A DNA stretch of 64,000 nucleotides from Paraphysomonas bandaiensis. Taxonomy: Eukaryota > Protista > Chrysophyceae. This document shows positions 53,840 to 64,000 of the stretch, piece by piece (the first letter of the stretch is position 1; each line of letters opens with the position of its first letter). Under the pieces are notes generated by a model. That model was not told the DNA's origin. It did no database searches and saw nothing but the letters and a program-made list of their open reading frames with translations. Where the stretch lies: positions 76,218 to 140,217 of the forward strand of contig CBFFRP010000429.1 of the NCBI GenBank assembly GCA_965644295.1, written 5' to 3'. Made by a program: the position numbers and the translations under genes.

Positions 53840-54352
53840 GATAAAACGGATGTGAAATCTTCATTATAAAGATACTGTGTACATTGATAATGTTTAACAT
53901 GACAACACACAATTGTGTATGCATTGTGTATGCAATGCACAAGCAGTTCCGATGCGGTCACAGTCAGGGCAAATCACATACGCAAAACTAATATAGTGTT
54001 GTAGACGAACTTAATTCTATTAATTACATGCACTACACTAGAGTTGAAGTAGTAGATAAACCACAATAAACTGACAAAACCCAATAATAATCAGACATTC
54101 ATATATACCACGGCGGCATTAGTATGCTCAAAAACAGAGACTGCAGACACCACAACATCGATGTGGACTCGACAACGCAGGCCTCAGCCTACTCACTCTC
54201 ACAATCACAACGACCACTAGCTGAGCCCAACCCAAAAATCCTACAACTACTCCGAGTGACATCCACCCCTAGATAAAACGGATGTGAAATCTTCATAAAG
54301 ATACTGTGTACATTGATAAAGTTTAACATGACATCACACAATTGTGTATGCA
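53840..54352 (+). mobile_element. ~340-bp insert flanked by ~82-bp direct repeats
   Basis: 53840-53923 nearly equals 54272-54352. An extra 11-bp duplication (TTGTGTATGCA) sits at the left junction. The insert shares motifs with 40993-41290. Confidence 0.72.
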
Positions 54353-54788
54353 ATTCAATAACATTATCTATCTAGTTTAACTACTAAAACTTCTCTTAAA
54401 ATATCTTAGTTGTCTGAAATGGTCAATTGTCAATATACAAAGACGTAGCTTGTTTTTCATTACAAACTACTGCCAACCGACTTGACACCCTGCCAGAAGC
54501 ATATATTTTTGCTATCACCTCATCAACGTTGTAATTGCTGGAGGCCAATAGATTTCTGAATCGTGTGTCAGGAGAACGTAATTCTATGTTCGACAAAGAA
54601 CAACATATAAGAATACAAGGTAATAACATAATATATATACATGATACGTGATTAATATAAAAACAGTTTTTTCCCCCTTTTATCCATGATATTTTTAATT
54701 ATTAATATATATAATTTTGGGAATATCATGGGTTACTACATCGTCCACGCTACGTTTATGATACTCCCGTTGATCATTGAGTGCGTCA

Positions 54789-55981
54789 TCAACATTTTGG
54801 CAAAATTTCAATTTCTCTCAAGAAATTTACCAATTTAGTACACTTTGAAATATACAAAGATGAACATATCGATGCATAACTACTCGCATTGCTGTTCACT
54901 GTACTTGAAATTATTTCCATTGCATCATCCCCCGATGCCCTTTTCAACTCATCAACGTCTATTTCCTTCGACTCACTCTCACTCTCCAGATGAATCCCCA
55001 CAACCCGTCCATCTCTGAGCACATACGGCCCTCCAGAAGACCCGCGGAAAAGACCACTACCTTTGCAGCGTATGTGATGTGCCTTGGGACGACCCGTTTT
55101 AACCCAGTCAGAAAATACGGTCAACTCTCCATTCAAGGAATCGTTGAACATTGCGACAGGACCATGAAATATCTTGATGTCAATATCAGGTTCAACAGGA
55201 TCCAGTGATATGGGTATTGCCTCTAAGTTGTCAAGTCCATCCTGGAGCTCCAACAACGCATAGTCCATTTGAGTGTTATAGCGAATAACCTTGACGGGAC
55301 GGATATCGTCCTCGAAAACAAGTTGCCCGTTTCTCTTAGAAATGGAAAGAGTAATGGAATACAAGAGCTTTCCACGATCCATGAAGTGTTGGCACGACAA
55401 TAAATACTTCGACGAGATGGCAAAACATGTTGCCACAGGCTGACAGTTGCCTCTATCACAGATAAAGAACACTGAATTCGGATAACGGGGATTTGGACGC
55501 CCTGACATGGTAGCTGTATATACAAAGCATATCATATAAAAATATTCGGGTGTGGATGGTATGAAATGATGGATGCATGAGTGATTGAGTATACAGTGAA
55601 CAACACTGTTAGAAATGCAGCAGTACACACAAACTGAAAAAGTTCACCTCTCAACTTCTTCTCTTCACGTAACTCCTCCATTCGGTACTCATGCTCCTCC
55701 TTTCGGCGTAAACTTTCGTGTAATAACTTCTTTTCTTCTCGCAGCTGCTCCTCCATTCGGTACATATGCTCCTCCTTTCGGCGTAAACTTTCACGTAATG
55801 ACATCTTCTCTTCGCGCAACTCTTGAAGTTCAGACTCCCAAAACTCTTTGTTTTCATTGGCTAATATTTTGTCTTTCGCAACTTCAATTGAAGATTCCAC
55901 GCTTCGAATCTGTTCATTAACTTGGTTTATTTCAGTCTCAACACGGTCTATTACTGCATTGATATCATCGATATCACTCAT
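54789..55981 (-). CDS. Coiled-coil header plus trypsin-like serine peptidase (Crinkler/CR-like architecture)
   Basis: In-frame intron 55514-55647. Catalytic triad motifs LLSCQH, MDYALLEL, FRGSSGGP. N-terminal coiled coil with an internal tandem duplication; no signal peptide. Confidence 0.78.
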
Positions 55982-56851
55982 CTTAAATACAGTGATATCA
56001 ACTATGATAATATGTATGTATGTATGTATAGTCTGTAGAGCTCTTTGTTTTCGTAAGAAGAGTGATTGATACTACTGCTGTATGGAGAAGCACCTCGTGT
56101 AGATACCCTACACTTCTGGACTTCCATAAAATACAGCCAGAAGAACAACAATTCGATGTGGGTGCTGTGGTCGGCAACAAGCGCGCTGGTTGTTTTTTTG
56201 AACCGGATAAGGGTGATTTAGGGTGGGTCTCATTGAATTCTTGACACAAGTACGAAAATCTTGTGAAAATTGTATATAGGTACGTATTACGTTGTATACA
56301 GGATAGATATATACATGATAGTATACATGGTATACTGCTGTATAGACAACGCCTGCACTCATATCATAATCATATGTAACATACACGCCACTTCATGTGC
56401 TTATCATACAATAACTAGCACTGAGTTGCACGTCTCTGCTGTCTTATCTATAAAAGAAATGCGGCTAATTGAGATTGTATGCTGTGGGTAGATGAGACTG
56501 CACATATAGGTTACACTTGAGCTCTCTCTGCAACAGACCTGCCTATATGCGTATATGGCTATATGCCTACATGACTGTATGACTATATGATTATATATGA
56601 CTATCAATGAAGAAGCGTTTCATTGTATGAATATGGCGGCATTCGTGGTGCTCTTCTTATGAAGTAAGTGCAATAACGGAACCGGCTGTCTGGTACCTTG
56701 TAATTTGGGATTGAGAGGGAGGGAAGGCACAACTCCAGGACATGAGCACATAACGCGAGTAAACCTCGTTATCGGTACTGGTAGGACTTTCCTGTTTGTT
56801 GTTCAATGGACGTGAAAGTAGGTGGATATTGACTATTGGTCATTTTCACAA

Positions 56852-58180
56852 TTAAGAAGTTGAGACACCAACGTCTCTTATATCCAGGTATTGGTTCAGC
56901 ACCATGCACAATTCCGCTGTTTCGTAAATGTGCTCTTCAGCCACTAACTCATGTACATTGTCAAGAACTGTCAGCCTACTTAACCACTCGCGAACATTGG
57001 ATGGTAATTGCAATCCGTTTCCTCGATTTAAGACTAGTTGGGCAAGCTGAGAAATATCTTCCGCAGAACTCTCTCTTGCTATTTTCATTTGCTCAAAGAA
57101 GTGGTCCTGTAAACGATCAGTGACCTCAGTAGCTGTACAAGCCATGTAAATCTGCTGCTCCCAATGCTGCAGTGGCTCTGCTATATGAGCGGTGTATCGC
57201 TGTTTTGACCATCTGGTGGTATGTACCCTCCGTCGATCTGCGTACTGCTGCAGGATGTCAAGAGAAATCTTTAAGTCCATAGGGTCTCTAGCCCCACGAT
57301 CCAGGTACAAATGATCCATATATGTGTTCTCATTTAAGTCTGGCCGAGGACGCAATCTTCTATGGCCTAATATTATGCACTTCTCTAAAGTGTCTGTGGT
57401 GGGTCTCTTTGATCTGAGTATCCCCCTTCTTACTCGGCATCGATAACATAGACCACCCTGAATTTCCATTGAATTTACCTGGTCCTTACAATCAATACAC
57501 TGATTTTCCGAGCAATAATAACATATTCCTCCTGCGGTGAGACGCTTGGGATCTGTGAGTCGCTGACAGATTTGACACCTATCCGCATCTCTACCTAGTT
57601 GGTCTGGTCTGCTGGTGTTATATACACCTTGCAATCCAGAGGTGGAATGTAGCACATTGTGTGCTTCATCCCCTGCGTGAGGTAAGGGTGTATAATGACA
57701 CTCCTTATCCTCATCCTCCCTGTTACTTTGTCCCTTGAATGGCAAGGGGTCCATATGTAATGGACTTTCTCCTGTCGCATCTGCATCAAACGAACAAAAA
57801 TCATCTTGGGCCCTCAATGGTTGAATAGCGTCCTTACCGAATGCGAGAGGTTTTCGGGCTGACAAGGGTACCTCCTCCGGACTACTAAGACGATCCACCA
57901 GTTCTGGAACAGTCGTTGCTTGACTGTCTGCTTCATGAGTTTCTGTCTCTCTAAAGTCGTCACTTTGTTTATTGAGAGATGAAATTTCCTTAAAAAATTG
58001 AGACACCAACGTCTCTGATTCAGTCTCACTTAACCCAAAAGCCAAGCCTATGTCTCGGATTTGATCCTCACTAGCATTGGCAATGGAAGGGTCTAACCCT
58101 CCAAGCATAAGCCTGAGGGTCCTTCTCACTGACTCGAATTTAGTAGACTCTTGTGCGCTATCAAGAGTCTCCTCCTCCAT
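56852..58180 (-). CDS. Hypothetical intronless protein with tandem CxxC zinc-finger-like motifs, possibly TE-derived
   Basis: 442-aa ORF with CQIC..GGICYYC..CIDC..GGLCYRC. Confidence 0.55.
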   Translation of the reverse strand: MEEETLDSAQESTKFESVRRTLRLMLGGLDPSIANASEDQIRDIGLAFGLSETESETLVSQFFKEISSLNKQSDDFRETETHEADSQATTVPELVDRLSSPEEVPLSARKPLAFGKDAIQPLRAQDDFCSFDADATGESPLHMDPLPFKGQSNREDEDKECHYTPLPHAGDEAHNVLHSTSGLQGVYNTSRPDQLGRDADRCQICQRLTDPKRLTAGGICYYCSENQCIDCKDQVNSMEIQGGLCYRCRVRRGILRSKRPTTDTLEKCIILGHRRLRPRPDLNENTYMDHLYLDRGARDPMDLKISLDILQQYADRRRVHTTRWSKQRYTAHIAEPLQHWEQQIYMACTATEVTDRLQDHFFEQMKIARESSAEDISQLAQLVLNRGNGLQLPSNVREWLSRLTVLDNVHELVAEEHIYETAELCMVLNQYLDIRDVGVSTS

Positions 58181-58546
58181 AATAATAACAATATAATCAA
58201 ATCACAATGAACAAATATATGTCTACAACTACAATGCTATCTACCAGCAACTTCAAGAGTAAGGAAATTGCATCTTATTATCAATAATATAAATATGTCT
58301 ACCTACGATTCCGTGATCAATGGAATGAACATCATTCATATTCAATACCAAACACATCAGTCTAACACAGTTGATCATAATAACTCATCACAACTGTATA
58401 AGGGAAGATACATTCAGTATTCTCATTGTAGTTGAAGCCTGGTATTCGTACTCCTAAGTACAATCAATCCCCAATAAGCACTGAAGGAAATACGTAATGT
58501 ATAACTGTATTACTGGATAATCTGGCAATACACATCTATCAGCGTG

Positions 58547-59007
58547 TGTTGGGAAATGCTCATTTTACTTAGATCAAAGAGAGATTAAGTTGTTAGACTA
58601 GATAGATTTATTAATATCGTTTACACGAATTGTGTTAAACAACACAAGCTCGTTTTGTGCCATGCATAAATCACTACTTCTGTAGACCTTTCGCTACTAA
58701 ACATATCTTGAAAGAGCAAACTATTTCAGTTTTCTCAATATCATAACAGCATCTACACATCACCATACTTCACTGTATTCTCGTACATTGTCTTCAAGTA
58801 CCACATTGAATATACTAGGATACAGTCCATATTCTAATACTCCCACTCAATGTAGAATGCAGTGATACGAAACAACAATGAGTACAGTGATCTTCATGCT
58901 ATAAACTAGTCTCATAGGTAAAATAGATGTGAAATCTTATCAAGATACATATATAACTAGCAGTCAACTAGATATATAGTTATGTGGGATTCTCACCCAC
59001 TAAAACA
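58547..59007 (-). repeat. 3' LTR (~461 bp)
   Basis: TGTT...AACA termini; purine-rich tract immediately upstream on the minus strand; matches 63708-64000. Confidence 0.9.
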
Positions 59008-59012
59008 CACCT

Positions 59013-62000
59013 TTAACCTCTTCGGGGTCGCTTCTTCTGCTGCTCCTCAACTCTGGTTGACACACTTCTCTTAACCCCGGTAATAGTTTTCTCATGACGA
59101 CTGAAAAGTTTCGTTGACAATGCCTTCGTGAAAATATCAGCCGCCATATCATCCGTCGACACATGAATCAACTTTGCCGTAGGAAATTTTCCATTTACAT
59201 GCTCTCTCACCCAGTGATACTTGATGTCTATATGCTTCGACCTCTTATGATACACAGGATTCTCGGAGAGATCTTTCGCACTCTTGCTATCCATAAAGAA
59301 TGGAGTCGGCTTCGCAACTAAGAGCCCGAGCTCCTTGAACACCCCCCGAAGCCACACCAGTTCTTGCATAGCCGCATACTCCGCCATATATTCAGATTCC
59401 ATGCTCGAAGTTGCAACTGTGGTCTGTAGTTTAGACTGCCAGGCCAATGCGCCTGCACATAAGAACACAATGTATCCTGTTGTCGATCGCCGAGTCAGTC
59501 TATCACCAGCCCAATCTGAATCACTGAACACATGTAAGTCGAACTCACTCCCACTGAATCTGATGCCCTCATCAATTGTTCCACGCAAATATTTCAATAA
59601 GTGAATCGCCAGTTTGCACGATGCATATGTCGGACAACTACTAAATCGAGACAATAACCCCACTGCATAAGCCAGATCAGGTCTAGTATGCATTGCTAGA
59701 TACAACACTGCTCCAATAATTTGCCGATACGGAAATGAGTCAACCCACTGCTTCTGCTCCTCCGTAAGTTCACGTTCCTCTGCCAACAGATCCTGAACAT
59801 TAGTAGGTAGTGGGGCCTCCTTATTCTTACTACTCTTTCCCATAACTGAGCTGAATTTCTTGATAATATTCTTAGCATACTCAGATTGATCTAACATATA
59901 CCAATTTTCTCCTCTGGTTATCCTGATGTTCAGAAATCGCTTACACACTCCCAGATCATGCATCTCGAATGTTTCACAGAACCTACGCTTTACGCTTTCC
60001 AAGTAAGTCAGATCAGCGGATGCAATTATGATATCATCAACATATATCAATAATAAATGCAGTTTTCCGTTACTCCATCGCATATACAAACACGTATCCA
60101 AAATACACGGAGTAAAATGCAATGATTTAATAAACTTGTCAATATGTTTATTCCACTGTCGCGGTGAAGATCGCAGTCCATACAATGCCTTGATTAGTTG
60201 AAAACACCATCCAGCTAGTAATTCCTCATCTGGTGGAGGTGCCATATACACGTCATCCTCCAGATCTGCATAGCAAAATGCGGATGATACATCTAATTGA
60301 TGCACATGCATCTGTAACATAAACGCAATCGCTAACACTAGTCTAATGGTTATACCCTTAACCACTGGAGCGAAAGTGGACGGCTCCTCCTCCTTCTTCT
60401 CTTGGAGATTTCCTAATGCCACTAGCCGAGCCTTGTACTTTACTATATTCCCTAGTATGTCTCGCTTCACCGTATGCACATATTTCGCTCTAACTAATTT
60501 CACTCCGCTTGGAATTTTCACGATCTTCAAGACACGTCTTTTCAGCAATGATGTCTTCTCCACCATTCGAGCTTTTCTCCATTGTTGATACTGTGGAGAT
60601 CTCTCTGCCTCGGCATATGAATTTGGTATCTTGATATCTTCTGTCTCTGCATGGTTAAGATCAATATTATGCGCATCCGGTACTTCAACCATATTAATCT
60701 CTCCTAAAACTGACGCGTTTGCCAGTCTCCGCTGCAGCCGTTTGCGTCGGACCCGACCATCACCATCTAGTTCAATCGGTCGACGAGGTATATAAGAACC
60801 CGTACCTTGCTCATCCTGAGCACGCACATCGTGCGTTGTGGGAGGAGCCCCGCTCACAACCCCAGACTCATAGTCTTCAGAGGTCTGCAACCTCACAGCT
60901 GTCTCCTGACAGGTTGGGTCAGGACTCTCCTGTAACCCTCCAGGTCTTCCCTGGTCCAGCACCCTGGCTGGCATAGTACTCAGGGCGTCCCCCTTTCCTA
61001 TATATCCGGTATTCCCGGGAGTTTCTGCAGTCATTCGCACTACGTCCTCGACGTGAATCGGCACCCGGTGCTCGATATGCTTCCGACCTGCAGTTACCAG
61101 AGATCGATAGGCTACTATTACCCCCTTTCGATCTACTACTCTCGTGGTCTTGTAGAGAAGACCATCCTCATCATCAATATGATATGTACCTTCTAAGCCC
61201 GCATAGTCAGACACAATTTTCGGTCTCTCGGCCTCCTTCACTCGAAGAGCATCTATCTCAGCGAAATAGCTCTCCGAGCGTGACGGTATGGACTCATCAG
61301 TTAATACATGTACCGACGTGACGACCCTATCAGTCGCAGGTAGATATACATCATATCCTACCTTTTCATCTGAATATCCTATCAGATATCCGATAAGGGC
61401 CTTGTCGTCCCAGTCTTTCCGTCGATCCGCCTTTGTAGTGAGGACATACGCACGACACCCCCATACTCTGAGATATTTCAGGTTGGGAGCCTCACCAGTC
61501 AAAAATTCAAGAGGGGACATATACCCCTTCGCTGTCTTTGTAGGCAATCGAATTAATATGTACCTGGCTGCCATGTAGGCATCTAGCCAAAACTGTGAAG
61601 GCAATCCTGACTGAATCAGCATCGCTAATGTCATCTCACCACAGGTCCTGAATTTCCGCTCCTCAATCGCGTTCATCTCAGGAGAGTCCGTAGAGCTCCA
61701 CGTATGTTGATAGCAACCCTGTGACCTAAGATATTGTCGCAGCTCATCACATATTAGCTCCCCTGCTCCATCTGCATGGTAATGATGCATTTCTAATTTG
61801 TACCTTTTCACATCTCCTTCAAAAATCTTCTTGAAAACCTGCAGTACCGATGACCCAGTCCTATGAACAAGCCCTTCCGACCAGAACATCCGACTGGCAT
61901 GGTGTGTTAGTTTGAGCACATATATTTCCCCTCCTCGAGCTGGACAATTTAAGTATACTGCTATATCGGCCGAGAAATTTGGACGAACGGAGTCCTCATC

Positions 62001-62822
62001 CTTTGTCCGAAAACTTACTCTGGTGATCTTCGCCCTGGCGCATACATCACATAGACACTGTTCTTTGGAAACACGTTTCGAGAGATGTTTTCGTTTCAGT
62101 CCAGTCCCAATAATTAGCATTCTTTTGTGGGCTTCTACCAACGCATGCTTGTTAAAATGACCCGCTCTCCTATGTAACAGCTCCAGTTCATCCTCACCCG
62201 TACGGTCACTGAGATTTACTTCTGAATCACTGGATGTCGATACGTCTGGAAGCTCCAATAACTGCTGTGTTGGCACAGCAGTCATTCCATTCTTCATAGG
62301 TCCCTCCAACACCAGCTCATCCGTATTTCTGTCATATATCTGTATACCATACCATACAGTAAATCGATATCCCATATCGTTCAACTTCCGTCCAGAACAA
62401 AGACACCGATTTATCTGACTTGATACCTCAATGTTCTTCCATGCTCCACGGGAACCTACACTCGTGACGCATATCTCTGACCCTTTTTTCGAACCATTAA
62501 TAACCTTTGATGTGTGCATATGACTATCAAGTATATTCACATCATTTATCAAAAACATTGATGACGAACAACAGGTATCAATGTATGTATAGTGAATATC
62601 CTCATGCACACTACTGCATATATTCGTCTCATACACATTACATGACAAGTGATACTCTTCCTGTTGCTCGATCATATTTGCTTCGTCTTCGTCAGACAAA
62701 TCCGCTGGCTCTCCACGCCTGATGTTTTCAACTGTAAGTAGTCTTTTGTCTGGTTTCCTTCCATCTTGAAACCTCACAGCCTTGCTCTTGCTTTGCAGTA
62801 CTTCTTTTTCGATGCTGGACAA
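59013..62822 (-). CDS. pol: Copia pol (protease, integrase, reverse transcriptase, RNase H)
   Basis: YIDTCCS; LHRRAGH..CDVC, HADGAGE; HQLDVSSAF, YVDDII; FSDSDWAG, KHIDIKYH. Confidence 0.96.
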   Translation of the reverse strand: MSSIEKEVLQSKSKAVRFQDGRKPDKRLLTVENIRRGEPADLSDEDEANMIEQQEEYHLSCNVYETNICSSVHEDIHYTYIDTCCSSSMFLINDVNILDSHMHTSKVINGSKKGSEICVTSVGSRGAWKNIEVSSQINRCLCSGRKLNDMGYRFTVWYGIQIYDRNTDELVLEGPMKNGMTAVPTQQLLELPDVSTSSDSEVNLSDRTGEDELELLHRRAGHFNKHALVEAHKRMLIIGTGLKRKHLSKRVSKEQCLCDVCARAKITRVSFRTKDEDSVRPNFSADIAVYLNCPARGGEIYVLKLTHHASRMFWSEGLVHRTGSSVLQVFKKIFEGDVKRYKLEMHHYHADGAGELICDELRQYLRSQGCYQHTWSSTDSPEMNAIEERKFRTCGEMTLAMLIQSGLPSQFWLDAYMAARYILIRLPTKTAKGYMSPLEFLTGEAPNLKYLRVWGCRAYVLTTKADRRKDWDDKALIGYLIGYSDEKVGYDVYLPATDRVVTSVHVLTDESIPSRSESYFAEIDALRVKEAERPKIVSDYAGLEGTYHIDDEDGLLYKTTRVVDRKGVIVAYRSLVTAGRKHIEHRVPIHVEDVVRMTAETPGNTGYIGKGDALSTMPARVLDQGRPGGLQESPDPTCQETAVRLQTSEDYESGVVSGAPPTTHDVRAQDEQGTGSYIPRRPIELDGDGRVRRKRLQRRLANASVLGEINMVEVPDAHNIDLNHAETEDIKIPNSYAEAERSPQYQQWRKARMVEKTSLLKRRVLKIVKIPSGVKLVRAKYVHTVKRDILGNIVKYKARLVALGNLQEKKEEEPSTFAPVVKGITIRLVLAIAFMLQMHVHQLDVSSAFCYADLEDDVYMAPPPDEELLAGWCFQLIKALYGLRSSPRQWNKHIDKFIKSLHFTPCILDTCLYMRWSNGKLHLLLIYVDDIIIASADLTYLESVKRRFCETFEMHDLGVCKRFLNIRITRGENWYMLDQSEYAKNIIKKFSSVMGKSSKNKEAPLPTNVQDLLAEERELTEEQKQWVDSFPYRQIIGAVLYLAMHTRPDLAYAVGLLSRFSSCPTYASCKLAIHLLKYLRGTIDEGIRFSGSEFDLHVFSDSDWAGDRLTRRSTTGYIVFLCAGALAWQSKLQTTVATSSMESEYMAEYAAMQELVWLRGVFKELGLLVAKPTPFFMDSKSAKDLSENPVYHKRSKHIDIKYHWVREHVNGKFPTAKLIHVSTDDMAADIFTKALSTKLFSRHEKTITGVKRSVSTRVEEQQKKRPRRG

Positions 62823-63724
62823 TCGATGGCAAGATGTTCCTTTGACTTACAATTTCTGCACCCAGTATATTCGGCACTTCCAGGTCGCTGCCCTGTAATC
62901 TCTGTATCCTTCTTCATCGGCTTCTTCTTACCGTTGTTCTTCTTACGATGATCCCTCTCTCTGCGATATCGTTTCTTACTGTCTATCAGGTTCAGCTCCT
63001 CCACTCTTTTACGCTTCTTCTCCAACGCTTCCTTCCCAGCCATAGTATCATCATAGCCTTCTATCTTACGTGATACAGTTACATAATTAACATCATCATC
63101 CATCAAGTATAATCCAACTCTCAGTTGAGCATACTCTTCATTGAGCAAGCCTTCTCGTAGTCGACTTGTTTTTGATACCTCCGAGATATCCTGCTGCTGC
63201 TCCTGTAGTTCCTTCAGCAGTAGTTCGAACCGTAGTACGTAGTCCTTCGCCGTCTCCTCCGGACGCATACGGAAAGAACCATATTGAGTTAAGAGGTCAC
63301 TGATCCTATTTTGCTTCCCTCCAGCAAAACACTTCTTCAACTCATCAATCATTACATGTGTTTTGAACCTGTTTACACCACTCCCTTCTGCCTTGAACGC
63401 TTTGTGGGTAAGATGGAATTTACGCAGCGCTTTCGGGGAATGCTGCACCGCATCCCTGCAGTAAGAATAAGCTATGGCGTTCGCCTTCCAATACCTCTTC
63501 ACAGCCTGTCTGTACGCCTTCTCCTCCATCAACGTAAGTGGCTGCTCCCCGAAGTCGCTCTCCTTAGGTGGCAGTTCCACCGCTACCTCGCTTTGTTCCT
63601 TCCTCATAAGGAATGTCTCGAAGTCCTCAATCCATTGTTCAACGTTAGTCTCGTTGAACTGAGGAACTACTCCTCTATCCTCCTTCTCTCCTCCTCGCTC
63701 GCTACCATGTTGGGTAATGCTCAT
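62774..63724 (-). CDS. gag: Copia gag
   Basis: FRMRPEETAKDYVLRF; zinc knuckle CRNCKSKEHLAIDC. Confidence 0.9.
   Translation of the reverse strand: MSITQHGSERGGEKEDRGVVPQFNETNVEQWIEDFETFLMRKEQSEVAVELPPKESDFGEQPLTLMEEKAYRQAVKRYWKANAIAYSYCRDAVQHSPKALRKFHLTHKAFKAEGSGVNRFKTHVMIDELKKCFAGGKQNRISDLLTQYGSFRMRPEETAKDYVLRFELLLKELQEQQQDISEVSKTSRLREGLLNEEYAQLRVGLYLMDDDVNYVTVSRKIEGYDDTMAGKEALEKKRKRVEELNLIDSKKRYRRERDHRKKNNGKKKPMKKDTEITGQRPGSAEYTGCRNCKSKEHLAIDCPASKKKYCKARARL
63697..63707 (-). promoter_or_regulatory. Primer binding site
   Basis: TGGTAGCGAGC directly after the ...AACA end of the 5' LTR. Confidence 0.75.
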
Positions 63725-64000
63725 TTTACTTAGATCAAAGAGAGATTAAGTTGTTAGACTAGATAGATTTATTAATATCGTTTACACGAATTGTGTTAAA
63801 CAACACAAGCTCGTTTTGTGCCATGCATAAATCACTACTTCTGTAGACCTTTCGCTACTAAACATATCTTGAAAGAGCAAACTATTTCAGTTTTCTCAAT
63901 ATCATAACAGCATCTACACATCACCATACTTCACTGTATTCTCGTACATTGTCTTCAAGTACCACATTGAATATACTAGGATACAGTCCATATTCTAATA
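63708..64000 (-). repeat. 5' LTR (partial)
   Basis: Matches 58547 onward with only one mismatch seen by eye over the visible ~293 bp. Confidence 0.93.

Larger units (their letters stand above)
58547..64000 (-). mobile_element. Ty1/copia LTR retrotransposon (5' LTR truncated by the window edge)
   Basis: Paired LTRs, PBS, gag with zinc knuckle, and PR-IN-RT-RH domain order. Confidence 0.97.

Noticed and set aside
53768-58546. A second LTR-bounded unit carrying the 442-aa ORF and the trypsin gene
   Set aside because: No PBS after the LTR at 58547, no polypurine tract before 53768, and the LTR match is only ~29 bp.
59284-63733. Plus-strand ORFs inside the copia element, and similar antisense ORFs in host genes
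   Set aside because: Shadow frames of real minus-strand coding sequence.

Overview
Gene-dense eukaryotic DNA with many short spliceosomal introns, most likely from a stramenopile or chrysophyte-like protist (taxon is inference). The window holds about 20 cellular genes, often in divergent pairs. They include a Cys-rich J-domain protein, eIF2A, an anoctamin, MPDU1, a GH18-like protein, an OGFOD3-like and an IPNS-type dioxygenase, RlmN, Hsp20, a zinc-finger ABCB half-transporter and DGAT2. One gene is an unusual CDP-alcohol phosphotransferase/PhyH-like dioxygenase fusion. Mobile DNA: (1) an intron-containing Crypton-like tyrosine recombinase whose 3' end runs into a two-type tandem array with a shared core; (2) two hAT deletion derivatives with 8-bp TSDs bracketing Hsp20; (3) a young Ty1/copia element at the right end; (4) two ~300-bp inserts, each flanked by unusually long direct repeats (59 and ~82 bp), that share three motifs in circularly permuted order. 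The last is the best candidate for an undescribed element. Three separate frame breaks are each repaired by adding one A to an A-run, so homopolymer assembly errors are possible. Exon boundaries and product calls were read by eye; no database search was run.
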